A DNA stretch of 64,000 bases from Oopsacas minuta. Its lineage: Eukaryota > Animalia > Porifera. The notes under the pieces are model-generated. The model made no database searches and was not told the origin of the DNA. It was given only the letters and a program-made list of their open reading frames with translations. Below, piece after piece: positions 1-11,378 of this stretch (its first letter is position 1; each line of letters opens with the position of its first letter). Both the position numbers and the translations under genes were made by a program. The stretch lies in contig JAKMXF010000330.1 in NCBI GenBank assembly GCA_024704765.1, positions 124,001 to 188,000 on the forward strand, written 5' to 3'.

Positions 1-480
1 ATCCATTACTGTAGAATTAAATTCTTGTAAGGAAAGATTGTAGATTTGCAGGAACTGATCAAGATTATTCGCTACATTAATAAGATCATCTGACTGAAGT
101 ACATGAATATTAAATAATCCACTACAGTTCTGTGGGTATGGATGACCATCAAAAATATCATATACAATTTGTATATGTACAATATTAGCTTGTGAATGAT
201 AGAATTCTGTAATAAGCCAATTATTCTCTCTACTGTGATCAACCTCTGTATCTGGACTTCCTGCACATACAATATATTGAGGACCACTATTTCTAGAATT
301 TCCATTAAACATCCAAGTGACTTGATCGCAATTATGATACAGTTTATTATCATCATCGATTATCTCCCAATTTTGAATAGGATTAAGTTTTGATTCTCCA
401 ATCGACCTGTAAATGTCCTTTTCTTCACCAACCAAGAACTTGATGAAAAACAATAATATGAAGTATCTCAATTCTAGCAT
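1..480 (-). CDS. Eph-like receptor, N-terminal part only (signal peptide plus ligand-binding-domain-like region); runs off the left window edge
   Basis: Not in the ORF track (no stop within the window). My translation from the ATG at 480 is open to base 1: MLELRYFILLFFIKFLVGEEKDIYRSIGESKLNPIQNWEII...SRENNWLITEFYHSQANIVHIQIVYD. It has a signal peptide and an ENNWLITEF motif like the Eph LBD NNWLxTxxI and the neighbouring ENNWIVSDY. Confidence 0.6.
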   Translation of the reverse strand, partial: MLELRYFILLFFIKFLVGEEKDIYRSIGESKLNPIQNWEIIDDDNKLYHNCDQVTWMFNGNSRNSGPQYIVCAGSPDTEVDHSRENNWLITEFYHSQANIVHIQIVYDIFDGHPYPQNCSGLFNIHVLQSDDLINVANNLDQFLQIYNLSLQEFNSTVMD

Positions 481-1124
481 ATCTAATGAGTAGTAATTCA
501 ATAAAGGAATAAATCTGGCAAGAATAAGATATATATATATACAGTCAAATCACGTTATATTAAACACGGCTACATCGAAATACTGACTTGATATTGTATA
601 AATATGGTCCAGAACCGCCAAGGAAATATGCTTCATCGGTTATATCCAACTCTGTATCGAAGGAATTATCGAGGACCCTTGACCTTCGAAATAACGGGAG
701 TTGACTGTATGGAACAAGTTGTAAAAGGTGAAATGTTTCAAAATAAATAGAGCTCTTATTTAATTTCACAAATAAAATTTGGGTCAAAAACTGGCGGGTC
801 CATAACATGCAAGAGGGTACAGGTACAGTTCAAGGTTTGGTGATAACGTAAGTAACGTTTTTCGAGACAAGAAAATAATTAACCGTCTATTGAGTAAAGA
901 AGTGTACCTGACAATATTTTATGGATTTTCTTAAACCCTACTACATAAGACCGAACAGAAACGTAAAAAATCAAATGGAGAATTATGTGTGAATTATAAA
1001 AATGTACAATCATATTACATAATATTAACACAAAATGTATTCACGATGGAATAAAATATACACAAATCTAAACAAATTTCTTAAAAAACAACTTAAGTTT
1101 CTAGAAGAGTAAACTCAACCCATT

Positions 1125-4067
1125 TCAATCAGGGTTAACAGTTTGTAGCATAGTCTTGTGCATCTCAGCGATACTCTTCATGATTTTGGAGCGATGACCA
1201 GCAGGAATAATTCCAAGATTAGCCAGGTCCTCATAAGTGAGAGAGTATAACTGAGCAAGATAGCAGTATCCGCCTTCTTGGAAATGTCTAATATAACGAG
1301 AGAAGCCGATAGAATCTAACCAGTCTTCTAGAGAACATGTTTTCGCATGAAAAACTGAGGCTCTATTCTTTCGCTTTTGTCCAAAATTATTATCAATTAA
1401 ACTATAGAGTTTGTACTGAATTTCAGTGAAGGTTGGTCTCAAATTAGCATCTGATTTCCAGCAGGACATCATCAAACTATAGAGGGGGTCGGGACAGAAG
1501 TCTGGTTTCTCAAGTCGGTAGCCAGCTTGTACCTCTCCCAATACGTCATAATTCTCAATACCTGCGTAAGGAATTCTACCGAAACTTGTTACCTCCCACA
1601 TGAGGATACCAAAACTCCACATATCACTAGATTCATTAAATTTACGATAGGCGATTGCTTCAGGTGCTGTCCACCGTACTGGAATCTTACCTCCAGATTT
1701 AACATTATAGAAATTCTCCTCAGTTTCACGAGATAGACCGAAATCTGATATCTTAGGAGTCCAATCACTATCTATTAGCACATTACGTGCAGCTAGATCT
1801 CTATGGACAAATCCTATTTTAGTAAAGTATTCCATGCCACAAGCAACGCCAATACAGATTCTGACCTGCTGGATAGCTGTCATGGATAACTCTTTCTTCA
1901 TAACGAAATCATCTAAAGAGCCATTCTCAATGTAAGGAGTGACAATGACAATAGGTTTAGCTAGGGTAACACCGTATAGGAATATAACATTAGGATGCTT
2001 AAACTGGCCCATGATGGACGCTTCTCCAAAAAAGTCTTCCTTGTTCTTCTTGTTTGCGTCAGATTTGAGAACCTTTATTGCAACTACAATTCGCTGATCT
2101 TGTTTCTTAAGAATTCCCTTACAGACCTCCGCGAATTCTCCCTCTCCGATATTTTTCTCAATCTCTAGATCCTCATGATTGATTTCCTTAGCAAAGCGTC
2201 GTACAGCAGTATTCAAGTCGATATACAAGCTAGGATCTTGATAGAGCTTCTCCATAGGATAGCTCCTTTCATCCGTTGAATAACCAGGAGTATACTTTCG
2301 ATTTCTGCGACAGAAATACACAGCAGTTAGCACTCCAAGGATTACAATAACAACCAGTAGTAGTAGAATGATAACAATAGAGACAATAACATATGGAGGA
2401 TCACTTAAATTAGCTGTTGTCGTAGGAATGAGAAAGTTTTGAGAAAGAGATCCATTAGTTATATTAGGAAATAGAGGAATTAGAGTTATAACAACACTCA
2501 TACTCGTATCCAAATCAACTACACCTGTACTACATCTGTAGACATCTGTAGTCACAATAGAACATCCATTCACTCTCACTTGTCTCAACACACCTCCTTT
2601 ACTAGTGTAGTTCAATTCAAAACTCAAATTACTCATTCTTCCCTCCAGTCTGTATTCCCACTCCACTACTGAAATAGTTTCATTCAAACTCAAAGACTCC
2701 TCCAACACTTCTGGGAAAGTAGACACAAATCTAACATTCACACTCTTCTCTACATCACTCAGTACTACAAGGTTGTTCAATGACGTCACTACTAATAGAT
2801 ATTCTCTGCTACTAGTCTCCAGTTCTGATTCACTTAACTCATACGTCATATTCTCAATCACATCACTCTTCCACCACAACTCTAAACTACCTTCCCTTTC
2901 TAAGTATAAACTCAGTTGATAACTCACTGATCTATTCCACACATCTACAGGTTCATTCCATGACACAACAATACTCACTCCTCCTCCTCCATTGTCTACT
3001 CTCTCTAATCCCAGGTTCCGTACAATAGAAGGACTCCTCCCACACAACATATACACACTCTCCTCCTCACTGCGATACCAACCAGCATCACACTCACATG
3101 ATTCACTTCCTATCCTCCCATTCGTGTTACTCATCTCTCCACAACTCATACACTCACCCTCATTCCCAACATCAGGCTTGTATGTATTCTCAGGACAAGC
3201 AACACAAGATATATTACTCACTTGGCTCCATCCTCCCTTACATACACACTCTACAGACTCAGGTATTTTCCAAGAACCGTTCGTATAGCATTCAGCTTGT
3301 TGGTGCCTCACAGAACCTACAGAGCAGTTAAAGTCAATGATTGTAGGTTCATCACTCAGTATAGGAACTGGAATATCTGGTACTGAATGGAATTGGTTTA
3401 TGATCATAGCAGGACAGACCAAGTAGTAGATTTGTACTGTAGCAATCTGTGTACAAGTTCCACGGTTCAAAATTCCAATATAGAATCCTTTCTTTGTGTT
3501 ATCAAAAGAAGCATGAATTATTCCGTCATTTGTTTGAGTATTAATTGTGTTTCTGGCAAGTGTGAACTGACTCAGTATAACTGAAGTTATTATCAATTCA
3601 TTATCAGACTCATAAAAGTATATTTCTGATGTGTTGCGACAATCTGGTATCTCATTACCTAATATCTCTTCACATAGTATTTGTACATCAATAATCGTAG
3701 CATCAGTAATGTAATAATCTGATACTATCCAGTTATTCTCTTCAATCATATCGATTGTAGTAGGGACACCTAAAGATAAGCAACAAGCATATGTAGGTCC
3801 ACATCTAAGAGTACTAAGTACTGCTCGACATTGAAATGAATCCATAAAAGATACTTGCTCCATTGTACCAAAATCAGTATATGTAATATTGTACATTAAT
3901 GTATCTACATCCAATAGTAGAAATCCTGGAATATTATTGGAATATAAAAGGGAATCGAGGATATATCTAGTGTTGTTAGGTTTGCTTATACATTCAGGAT
4001 AGACTTCTTCATATAATGTTAACGTTAAAAGGAGGAGATGATAAAAGATAGATTTGTAGAGAATCAT
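1125..4067 (-). CDS. Eph-type receptor tyrosine kinase (signal, LBD, Cys-rich, FN3, TM, kinase, SAM), single exon
   Basis: ORF 1125..4076 (first ATG at 4067). Juxtamembrane LYQDPSLYIDLNTAVRRFAKEI (Eph YxDPxxYxD...FAKEI); kinase motifs GEGEFAEV, VAIK, HRDLAARN, DFG, KIPVRWTAPE; C-terminal SAM domain SLEDWLDSIGFSRY...LGIIPAGHRSKI. Confidence 0.92.
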   Translation of the reverse strand: MILYKSIFYHLLLLTLTLYEEVYPECISKPNNTRYILDSLLYSNNIPGFLLLDVDTLMYNITYTDFGTMEQVSFMDSFQCRAVLSTLRCGPTYACCLSLGVPTTIDMIEENNWIVSDYYITDATIIDVQILCEEILGNEIPDCRNTSEIYFYESDNELIITSVILSQFTLARNTINTQTNDGIIHASFDNTKKGFYIGILNRGTCTQIATVQIYYLVCPAMIINQFHSVPDIPVPILSDEPTIIDFNCSVGSVRHQQAECYTNGSWKIPESVECVCKGGWSQVSNISCVACPENTYKPDVGNEGECMSCGEMSNTNGRIGSESCECDAGWYRSEEESVYMLCGRSPSIVRNLGLERVDNGGGGVSIVVSWNEPVDVWNRSVSYQLSLYLEREGSLELWWKSDVIENMTYELSESELETSSREYLLVVTSLNNLVVLSDVEKSVNVRFVSTFPEVLEESLSLNETISVVEWEYRLEGRMSNLSFELNYTSKGGVLRQVRVNGCSIVTTDVYRCSTGVVDLDTSMSVVITLIPLFPNITNGSLSQNFLIPTTTANLSDPPYVIVSIVIILLLLVVIVILGVLTAVYFCRRNRKYTPGYSTDERSYPMEKLYQDPSLYIDLNTAVRRFAKEINHEDLEIEKNIGEGEFAEVCKGILKKQDQRIVVAIKVLKSDANKKNKEDFFGEASIMGQFKHPNVIFLYGVTLAKPIVIVTPYIENGSLDDFVMKKELSMTAIQQVRICIGVACGMEYFTKIGFVHRDLAARNVLIDSDWTPKISDFGLSRETEENFYNVKSGGKIPVRWTAPEAIAYRKFNESSDMWSFGILMWEVTSFGRIPYAGIENYDVLGEVQAGYRLEKPDFCPDPLYSLMMSCWKSDANLRPTFTEIQYKLYSLIDNNFGQKRKNRASVFHAKTCSLEDWLDSIGFSRYIRHFQEGGYCYLAQLYSLTYEDLANLGIIPAGHRSKIMKSIAEMHKTMLQTVNPD

Positions 4068-5385
4068 CTTAAACAAGTAAGTAAGCTAATTATAATTATT
4101 TGATATAATGAATAGTTGAATATAATCATGAAAGATAGGTTGATAAACCTTTTAAGGTGCAAATGTTAATGATTATTCTATAGCAGAGATGGAATTGAAC
4201 AGGTCAGCTTATCGCTGGTCTTTGGATCAACTCTTAAATCTTATTCATAATATTAGTAGAAGTTATGATAATAATGAAAATAGACCTAATTACCAGTGTT
4301 ACAAGCCTTATTTGAGTTATTTCGAGGTTCAAATTCAAAAATTCTATCAAAAAAGTAATAAGTCAACAAGTCGGTCAAGATTTCGACCGGTTCTATGGTG
4401 AAATAGGTAGACAATACATGATACAAGTACACATAAAGTGCTTATTATTATACTTGTTACACATCCATGGAGTCATGGGTTATCCGCATTTTAACATTGA
4501 ATCTTTGATCCAGTGAACTCGTATAAATACTGGATTCTGAGATTTTCTATTAGCATCCTTAGGAGATTTCAATAAGATTTGTTAATTATTGTTGATAAGG
4601 ACACAACAAATAGCTCTGGATACAGGCCCCTATCTGTCAAAATTGAATTGGTATGTTAGATGGTGACCTTCGTTAATTAAGGTTAATTAACAATTTTTGG
4701 ACCAGGGATAAGTCCGAAGTCCATTGTAATCACATAGGCTATTATCTGAATTGCGATAATTTGGAAATGGTACGATTTGGCTCGAATAAATGTATTATTG
4801 ATAATTAACAATAAACACACCGTAGTCAGTACAAATATCAAAACATAATAAGTTCGCATGTTAATTATAGTAGTGATCACGGATGACACATTATTGCCAA
4901 CATTCACCAATACCTTGACCACTTCTAATTTTACGGTTAAACCTACTTGCTAGCATGTAGTATACACCTGATTTCCCATACCCTAATCATCTTGATATGA
5001 TATCTCTGCTGACCTTTCCTCGGGTATACATCAGGTACATATTTGTTAAGAAGGTATTTGTATCAAATGCATAAGAAAGATATAATGGACTTTCGTTTAT
5101 ACTAAGACAGGTAATACGTAATGCTTTCCCAAGGAAATTTACTTGGGTGGCATTTATTCCGGATAAGGAGTAGTCATCTTGTGTAGATATTAAGGATTAA
5201 CATGTTATAATCTGTAAGATAACTTGTATAATATCTGGGTGAATTATGTCCAATTTTAGAGTAAGATATATCTCGATCGTCGATATATATAAAAATATAT
5301 ATGCAATAATAAAGTAAGAATAAACACATACGTATATCTTGAGTTAATTAAACATAGCAAGAATAGTTAAGACAAGTAGGAGTGA

Positions 5386-7683
5386 TTAATTGATGAGATT
5401 CTTCTGCAGAGGTCTCTGCAGAGGATGTCCTACTAACTTAGCCATAGCGTCATAGAGTAATGTCATAGTTTGAGTTACATCTAACTTATAGCTCCGGACT
5501 CTAGGATCAATATTCCATAAACGTTCTCCAATGGCTCTGCACCTGAAGATTATAACCAGTATTATAATGCAAATTATCCTAATAAAATCTATTAGACATA
5601 AAGAAGTATTCCTTATATATACGTATCATTCTGGGATATGAAGCAGACAATGATAACCACATTACATGCATATTATTTACAAATTGATTGTTTGTCTCTG
5701 ATTTTATGGATAAGAACACTATCATAATTGTGAGAGATCTAATGAGTCATAAGAGGTCTCATTATATACAGAGATAATATTACAATCTCAATTATATCCC
5801 ACTTATCAAACCATGTAATGAGTTGAATTTCAAGTTATATAGTACTAATTCCAATTAATCTCTACTCCGATAGTATAATATATATACTGATACTGTAAGG
5901 TACCTGTTTCTCTCTGGGTTGGTAGGTTTGTGTATGTAAACAACGTCTGAGAAGAAGTAAGGGTTCTCTAGCAATTCCCGATGAGATTCTCTCCCGTTAA
6001 GGAACAAAGGTAGACAATCTGAGCGACAATATATGAACAATAGTCGTACTATGTAGGGAGGAGGGCTCCTCAAGTCAGTGATAGGTGGGAGTCTGTAGAG
6101 AGAATACAAGTAATAATATCTGTCCACACATAGAGCATAACAATTAATCATATAGATTTATCAATGTATAATTATATGAATAATAAATAATCATAATAAC
6201 ACCAGCTATCTGTGTATTTAATGCAACGTATCCTAAATCAAGTCTACGACTATAAATTTTAATGACATAATATTATGTGTTGAATCTCTATTGTTGTATG
6301 TCTATCTGTTTGTCTGTTGTTAAGGACTTAGGGTAGGCTGAATGTTGAATTGCGTTAGTATGAAAAATGCATTTTAACAAGTAGTAATGAATAATATTAC
6401 TGTCAGGTAAAGAGTTGGAATTACAGACCATTATTAATTGAATCTCCTGCAGAGCAACCAACACAAAGGTTCGTATAAGTTCAACACACGCGTAGGTTAG
6501 TAGTATATAGACCGTAGTAAAACTAAATAATATTTTCTCTGTGAGGTTATACTATACAAACATATACACCGAAGCAGCCGATATATATCCCTATACTTTC
6601 AATGTATTCCAATGAATGTTACTAAATAGTATGAAGGAGGAAGGTGGTAATGATTTATAGTTTTATCAGAATTAAAGTAATATCTATCCAAAGAAATTGG
6701 TAAAACTTAATAATCTTGGTCATATTAACGATAGTATTTACCCACACAGTGATCACCAGTGCTTATACTAAATCCATAGACAGTGGAACCTGCATTAACT
6801 GACACTCGTTGGGACATAATAATCTGTTTAGCAAATTGTTGTATTATATATAGGTGAATTTGTATTGTCGGAAGCTATTTCAGATCAGAAACACTGTAGA
6901 ATTATAGAGGTGTTCTGGATAATACAGGGGTCGGTTTATGCAGATTCTACTGTACGCCATTAATCAATAATCTAGATTTCAGTAATGACTTTAATAATAA
7001 GAGAAAATACACCTAGCAATCCTATTAACTTCCATCATCTCTGATATCGATGATCGCTGGATAAGTATTTATTGAACTTAATGATAATCCATATATAAAT
7101 GTCTACTGTATTTACCTGACTCTTTGATGTACAGTAGCAAATAGCGTAGTGAGATCGAATATATCCTCAACATCTATGGGATCTAAATGTCTCAAATCTC
7201 TAATGACGTCATCCTTCGCATTAGAGGGGTCACGTGTCCAAGCAGCACTGTTTAATAGAGTTATTAGACCGAATTGGTGACGCTTATCGATAGCTGATTT
7301 TGTACAAATAAACATCTCCACAGCATTCTTACAGATGTTAATAAGGCTTTCTTGATTACTTCCTTCTTTGGACTTAAGAACATGTCCTGTAACAATACAA
7401 GTAAATATACAGAAGTACACAACACATAGTGATATAGTTTTCTATAATACTTACCAGCAGTCTCCATACTGGGGTCCATACAGATGATAATCTTCTCGGG
7501 ACACGCTACCATGGGTAATGAGAGAGACATGTCATTAAGCATCGAGTAATTCAGTTTATCTTCCTCTTCTAGGAACTGTTCAGCTGTGTCCTTTATAGCT
7601 ACTAAGGGATGAGGTGTCTGAGTAAGGGGTAAGGAAGGGGAGGAGAAAGTAGGAGGATCCTTGGGGTCAATCGTGGGATCCAT
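5386..7683 (-). CDS. BABAM1: BRISC/BRCA1-A complex member 1 (MERIT40), 4 exons: 7683-7455, 7386-7116, 6092-5904, 5542-5386
   Basis: GT-AG exons joined by eye with consistent phases give CPEKIIICMD..., VEMFICTKSAIDKRHQFGL, PPPYIVRLLFIYCR, PYFFSDVVYIH and YDAMAKLVGHPLQRP. These match the BABAM1 vWA-like motifs, including the C-terminal MAKLLAHPLQRP. Confidence 0.88.
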
Positions 7684-7987
7684 CTGGCTAATAATGTTTG
7701 TAAACAAAAAGGACATAACATATTGAGGATCACTTGTATACTCTTGTTAATACACATTCCAGGCATCTTATATAATTAGATATTCTTTATCCATGGTATG
7801 TATGTATTATCAAAAGTTCCAAACCTATTCGTGTCAGCGAAGAGCATTGGAGATGATAATGAAGTTATTCAGAAAATTACAAGAAACAAATTATCTGAGC
7901 TAGTAGTATTAATTAATAAACCAAACTTGATGTATCACTCTACTAACGTAGACATCTACTAATACTCCTGAGTATATATCTTACTTA

Positions 7988-9238
7988 CTAATCAGGTGTA
8001 TGACTCTTTTCCATTGCTTCTGCTATGTTTTTGTCTTCTTCCATTTGAGATTCTAAAGCTGATTCTGTTATGGCAGTTTCTTCCTGCTCGGTATCCATTC
8101 CTTGAGAGAACATACGCTCAGCCTCAGGTATCTCAGATTCGCTGAGGAAGGGTGTGTCAATCTGAGCGCTTGTAACTACTAACCTTCCCTTCTCCAGATC
8201 GACAATGCATTGATGTCTTTTCAACATGTCAAGACCTAGAATGAGATCAGCTGTTTGCTCCATTATTGAAAAAGAACAAGGTAGAAACCCGTTCTCTATT
8301 TCAAGTTGTGCCATGTGTATACGCCCCAAAATGGGTGCAGTACCCACTCCTCTAGCCATACCTGCATACCTGTCATCTAGTAGCCGCATGATGCCACACT
8401 CCTCAGCTTTCTTCCTAGATAGAATGCTCATCTGAGCTCCTGTATCTATAAACGCTACTATGGGATGAGAGTTAACCTTACAGTGTATGTATAGCATCTC
8501 AACTCGTCCAAACATTTCAGGCGCATGCTCCATCGCGAGTTCTCTTGACTCAGCTACGTTCTCTTGCTTAATAGATTGTGCAATCCTCTCCTGGATGCCT
8601 GGATCCATGATGTCAGGACCTTCACCAGTAGGGTTATCACCTCTGTCCTCAGCACTCAGCATTTGTATCCAGTTGTATATGTTTCTCAACATAGTAATGC
8701 GCTGATCTGGATCATCTGATTCAAGTACTGCCTCTAGACCAGGCACATGTGGAGCTAGAAGATTAATAATGGTTGAGTCTAGCGATATTAGCTCCAGAAA
8801 CTGGTCGAAAGAGGGGAATGAATTTTCTGCGTTTCTAATATCGAAAAAGCGTCGATTGTTCCTGGATCCACTCGACAGGGCATTTTCGGGTATGACTACA
8901 GAGGACCAGTCAATAGAAGAAGCTCCCTGAGTTTGTACAGGAGGTGGATTGGGTGCTTGAGTAGGCGAGGGTATGCCAGGTATATTAATTGAACCCCAAT
9001 CTATAGATGGGGCAATAGTACTAGGATTCTGAGTTGTGATAGTTTGTACGTGCGCAGGTGTATATACTGGAGCAGGTAGGTGTCCTGGAGCAGGTGTTGG
9101 AACTGGAGCAGGTACAAGTGTAGGTGTTTGTAAAGGTGCAGGTGCTTGTACTTGTGTTGGAATCTGGATAGCACCCCAATCTATAACTGGGATTATTTGG
9201 GTATTTGTGTCTCCAGGATTAGGTGGGTTGTTAGCCAT
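7988..9238 (-). CDS. DDI1: DDI1/DDI2-like retroviral-type aspartic protease with C-terminal UIM; no UBL domain visible
   Basis: MLYIHCKVNSHPIVAFIDTGAQMSILS (catalytic D[ST]G), LILGLDMLKRHQCIVDL, UIM-like EEDKNIAEAMEKS. Start taken at MANNPP (9238); the ORF track starts at 9277. Confidence 0.9.
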   Translation of the reverse strand: MANNPPNPGDTNTQIIPVIDWGAIQIPTQVQAPAPLQTPTLVPAPVPTPAPGHLPAPVYTPAHVQTITTQNPSTIAPSIDWGSINIPGIPSPTQAPNPPPVQTQGASSIDWSSVVIPENALSSGSRNNRRFFDIRNAENSFPSFDQFLELISLDSTIINLLAPHVPGLEAVLESDDPDQRITMLRNIYNWIQMLSAEDRGDNPTGEGPDIMDPGIQERIAQSIKQENVAESRELAMEHAPEMFGRVEMLYIHCKVNSHPIVAFIDTGAQMSILSRKKAEECGIMRLLDDRYAGMARGVGTAPILGRIHMAQLEIENGFLPCSFSIMEQTADLILGLDMLKRHQCIVDLEKGRLVVTSAQIDTPFLSESEIPEAERMFSQGMDTEQEETAITESALESQMEEDKNIAEAMEKSHTPD

Positions 9239-10365
9239 ATGATAAGAGCTAGTTAATAAAATAATGTGTGAATGCAAATATTAGCGAAATCATTCTTTTT
9301 GGGATAGCACTGGGAAATATATACAACACAAGTGACCAGCATTCGCAGCAAAAAGTTGTATTACGATATTTTCATGTTTTTACTATTTCGTGCCATTGAA
9401 TAAATATCGATTCTTTCCAGTGTAGTTGTAATATTTTTCTAGTAAACATCTTTAGATATATTTACGTAATCAATTTATAAAGTTGATGACCAGCATTTGG
9501 AGAAGCATTGGCGCTAAATTTTGGTACCTAGGGCAGTGGCGTTTCTAGGGGGGAGGGGGGGCTAGAGGCGGGGCGACTTGTAATCATTCCCTGTACGCCT
9601 GTTAACATGACTGCAAAATATTATCCCTGTACGTTTGGCAGCTATGCAAACTTGCAGTAGCCAGTCATGGACTCTCTCCTCGTTCGCATGGAGTCAATCT
9701 GAGATAATAATGAAAATTCTTTAGTACTGTTGTATAATATTTTGAGAGGAAATGCTGCTAATTAGCAGCAAGGGGCGTGTCTAATTTACGGGACGTGAAT
9801 ATTGGAATTTTAGTAGTACAATCTTTGAACAATAATTTGATTTTTTGATAAAACGGAGTTCGACACCAACTAACCTGTAAACTATGAAGTAAAATGCTTT
9901 TAGACACTATAAATTTACACATACGTATAAATAGTTAAATTGAGTTATGACGATTCAATGTATAGTCTTATAAAATTCCTACATAAGTATAATCACACAA
10001 ATCATAATTGGGGTCCAAACTTTAGAGAATACGTATACAGAAATAATCTGATAATTTAGCGGAGGTTCGTAAAGATATCATACAACAATACGTATTCCAA
10101 ACATGTAATAAATTATTACAATTAAGATTACAAATAATTCTATTTTTCCTATAAATATTGAAGAAGTAATAGTTAAATTTAAGAAGTGCTACGTCATTAT
10201 CGTTTCTAATCATTCTACAATTTCATTGGATAATATCAACCAATCAATGGGACAGAGTAATGATGTCATTTATGCGCTCAGAATTACGTATAAATTATGA
10301 TAAACATTTTGAGAGAAAATTATATTTTTTTGATATAAACTATTTAGTCCGGTGTACAGTGTACG

Positions 10366-10878
10366 ATGCATCGTGCTTATCAACCTATAACTCCAGCCAA
10401 CAACAAACTGCTCAAGAAGAAGTGGGATGAACTCCGTTTCGATACTCACAGACAGAAGGTCGTATCTGCACAGCCCATCATTGATAATCAGCCACCAGAA
10501 ACGTACTTGCATTTACATATAAAGGCAAAGAAGAAACAAATGGACGAGGAGAGAAAGGCTATTGTAGAACGTGACAACCGTCTGCTGGTGGAGAAAATGG
10601 CTCAGGTAATCAAGGGGAAGCCTAGTTTCGAGACCAACAGTAAAACATACACAAAGGGGAGCTTGAATAGGACAAGGAGACAGAGAGACCTCTTGAGGGT
10701 GACACACGAAAACCAAGCTATACTGAAACGTATTCAGAGCAAAGAGCCCGAGTACAACCATCTACAGTGGTTGGATCAGTGGTATGTGAATGAGAGCTAC
10801 ATGGCTAACATCTCAAAGTATGCCCAATGGAATAAATGGAAGAGACAAACTATTCTAGCGAAAGTGAAGCAACAATAA
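10366..10878 (+). CDS. CFAP97D2: CFAP97 domain (KIAA1430/Hemingway family) ciliary protein, CFAP97D2-like
   Basis: MHRAYQP...HRQKVVSAQPIIDNQPP...HLHIKAKK...ERDNRLLVEKMAQV...ENQAILKRI matches the family pattern. Confidence 0.8.
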   Translation: MHRAYQPITPANNKLLKKKWDELRFDTHRQKVVSAQPIIDNQPPETYLHLHIKAKKKQMDEERKAIVERDNRLLVEKMAQVIKGKPSFETNSKTYTKGSLNRTRRQRDLLRVTHENQAILKRIQSKEPEYNHLQWLDQWYVNESYMANISKYAQWNKWKRQTILAKVKQQ

Positions 10879-11378
10879 CAATAAAATCAACTTTATAATC
10901 ATATACATATATTTTTATATGTATTTGAATGTTTGGATAAAGTAGAAAAATTGAATAAATATTGTATGTATCACAAGTCTATTAAAATTGTACAACAATT
11001 GTGTGAGAAGTTAGAACCTAATTGTTGTCATAACTGGCATATATCTAACCATATAAAATTTCTTGAATCATAAGCCACACATACATTAAAATAACCTGTG
11101 CTGTCAGAATTATAAATTCCATAGGAATCTTAACTCGATCTGATTGCTTGAAAAGAATTTAAATACTTTGAAATTTGATTTGTATTGTCTTTACATTCAG
11201 ATACCTAATATTATGTATTAATTAACAAATCTATACTCTATGTTAAGTCAAGAGAACATGCTAGAACACATGTGTTATAGAAAAACTCCAATGACAAAAA
11301 CTCGTGGTTGTAGATATTGCATAGAAGTGAATTAGACATATAAGCTATCTAATAAGTGAATAATGGATATGATACAAG

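Noticed and set aside
4420-5250. Possible decayed plus-strand receptor pseudogene and the 79-aa ORF at 4683..4922
   Set aside because: Many stops in all frames and no motif I can assign with confidence.
9534-9580. CAGTGGCG hAT-like left end (similar solo end at 30368)
   Set aside because: No matching opposite TIR or TSD found nearby, so no element can be delimited.
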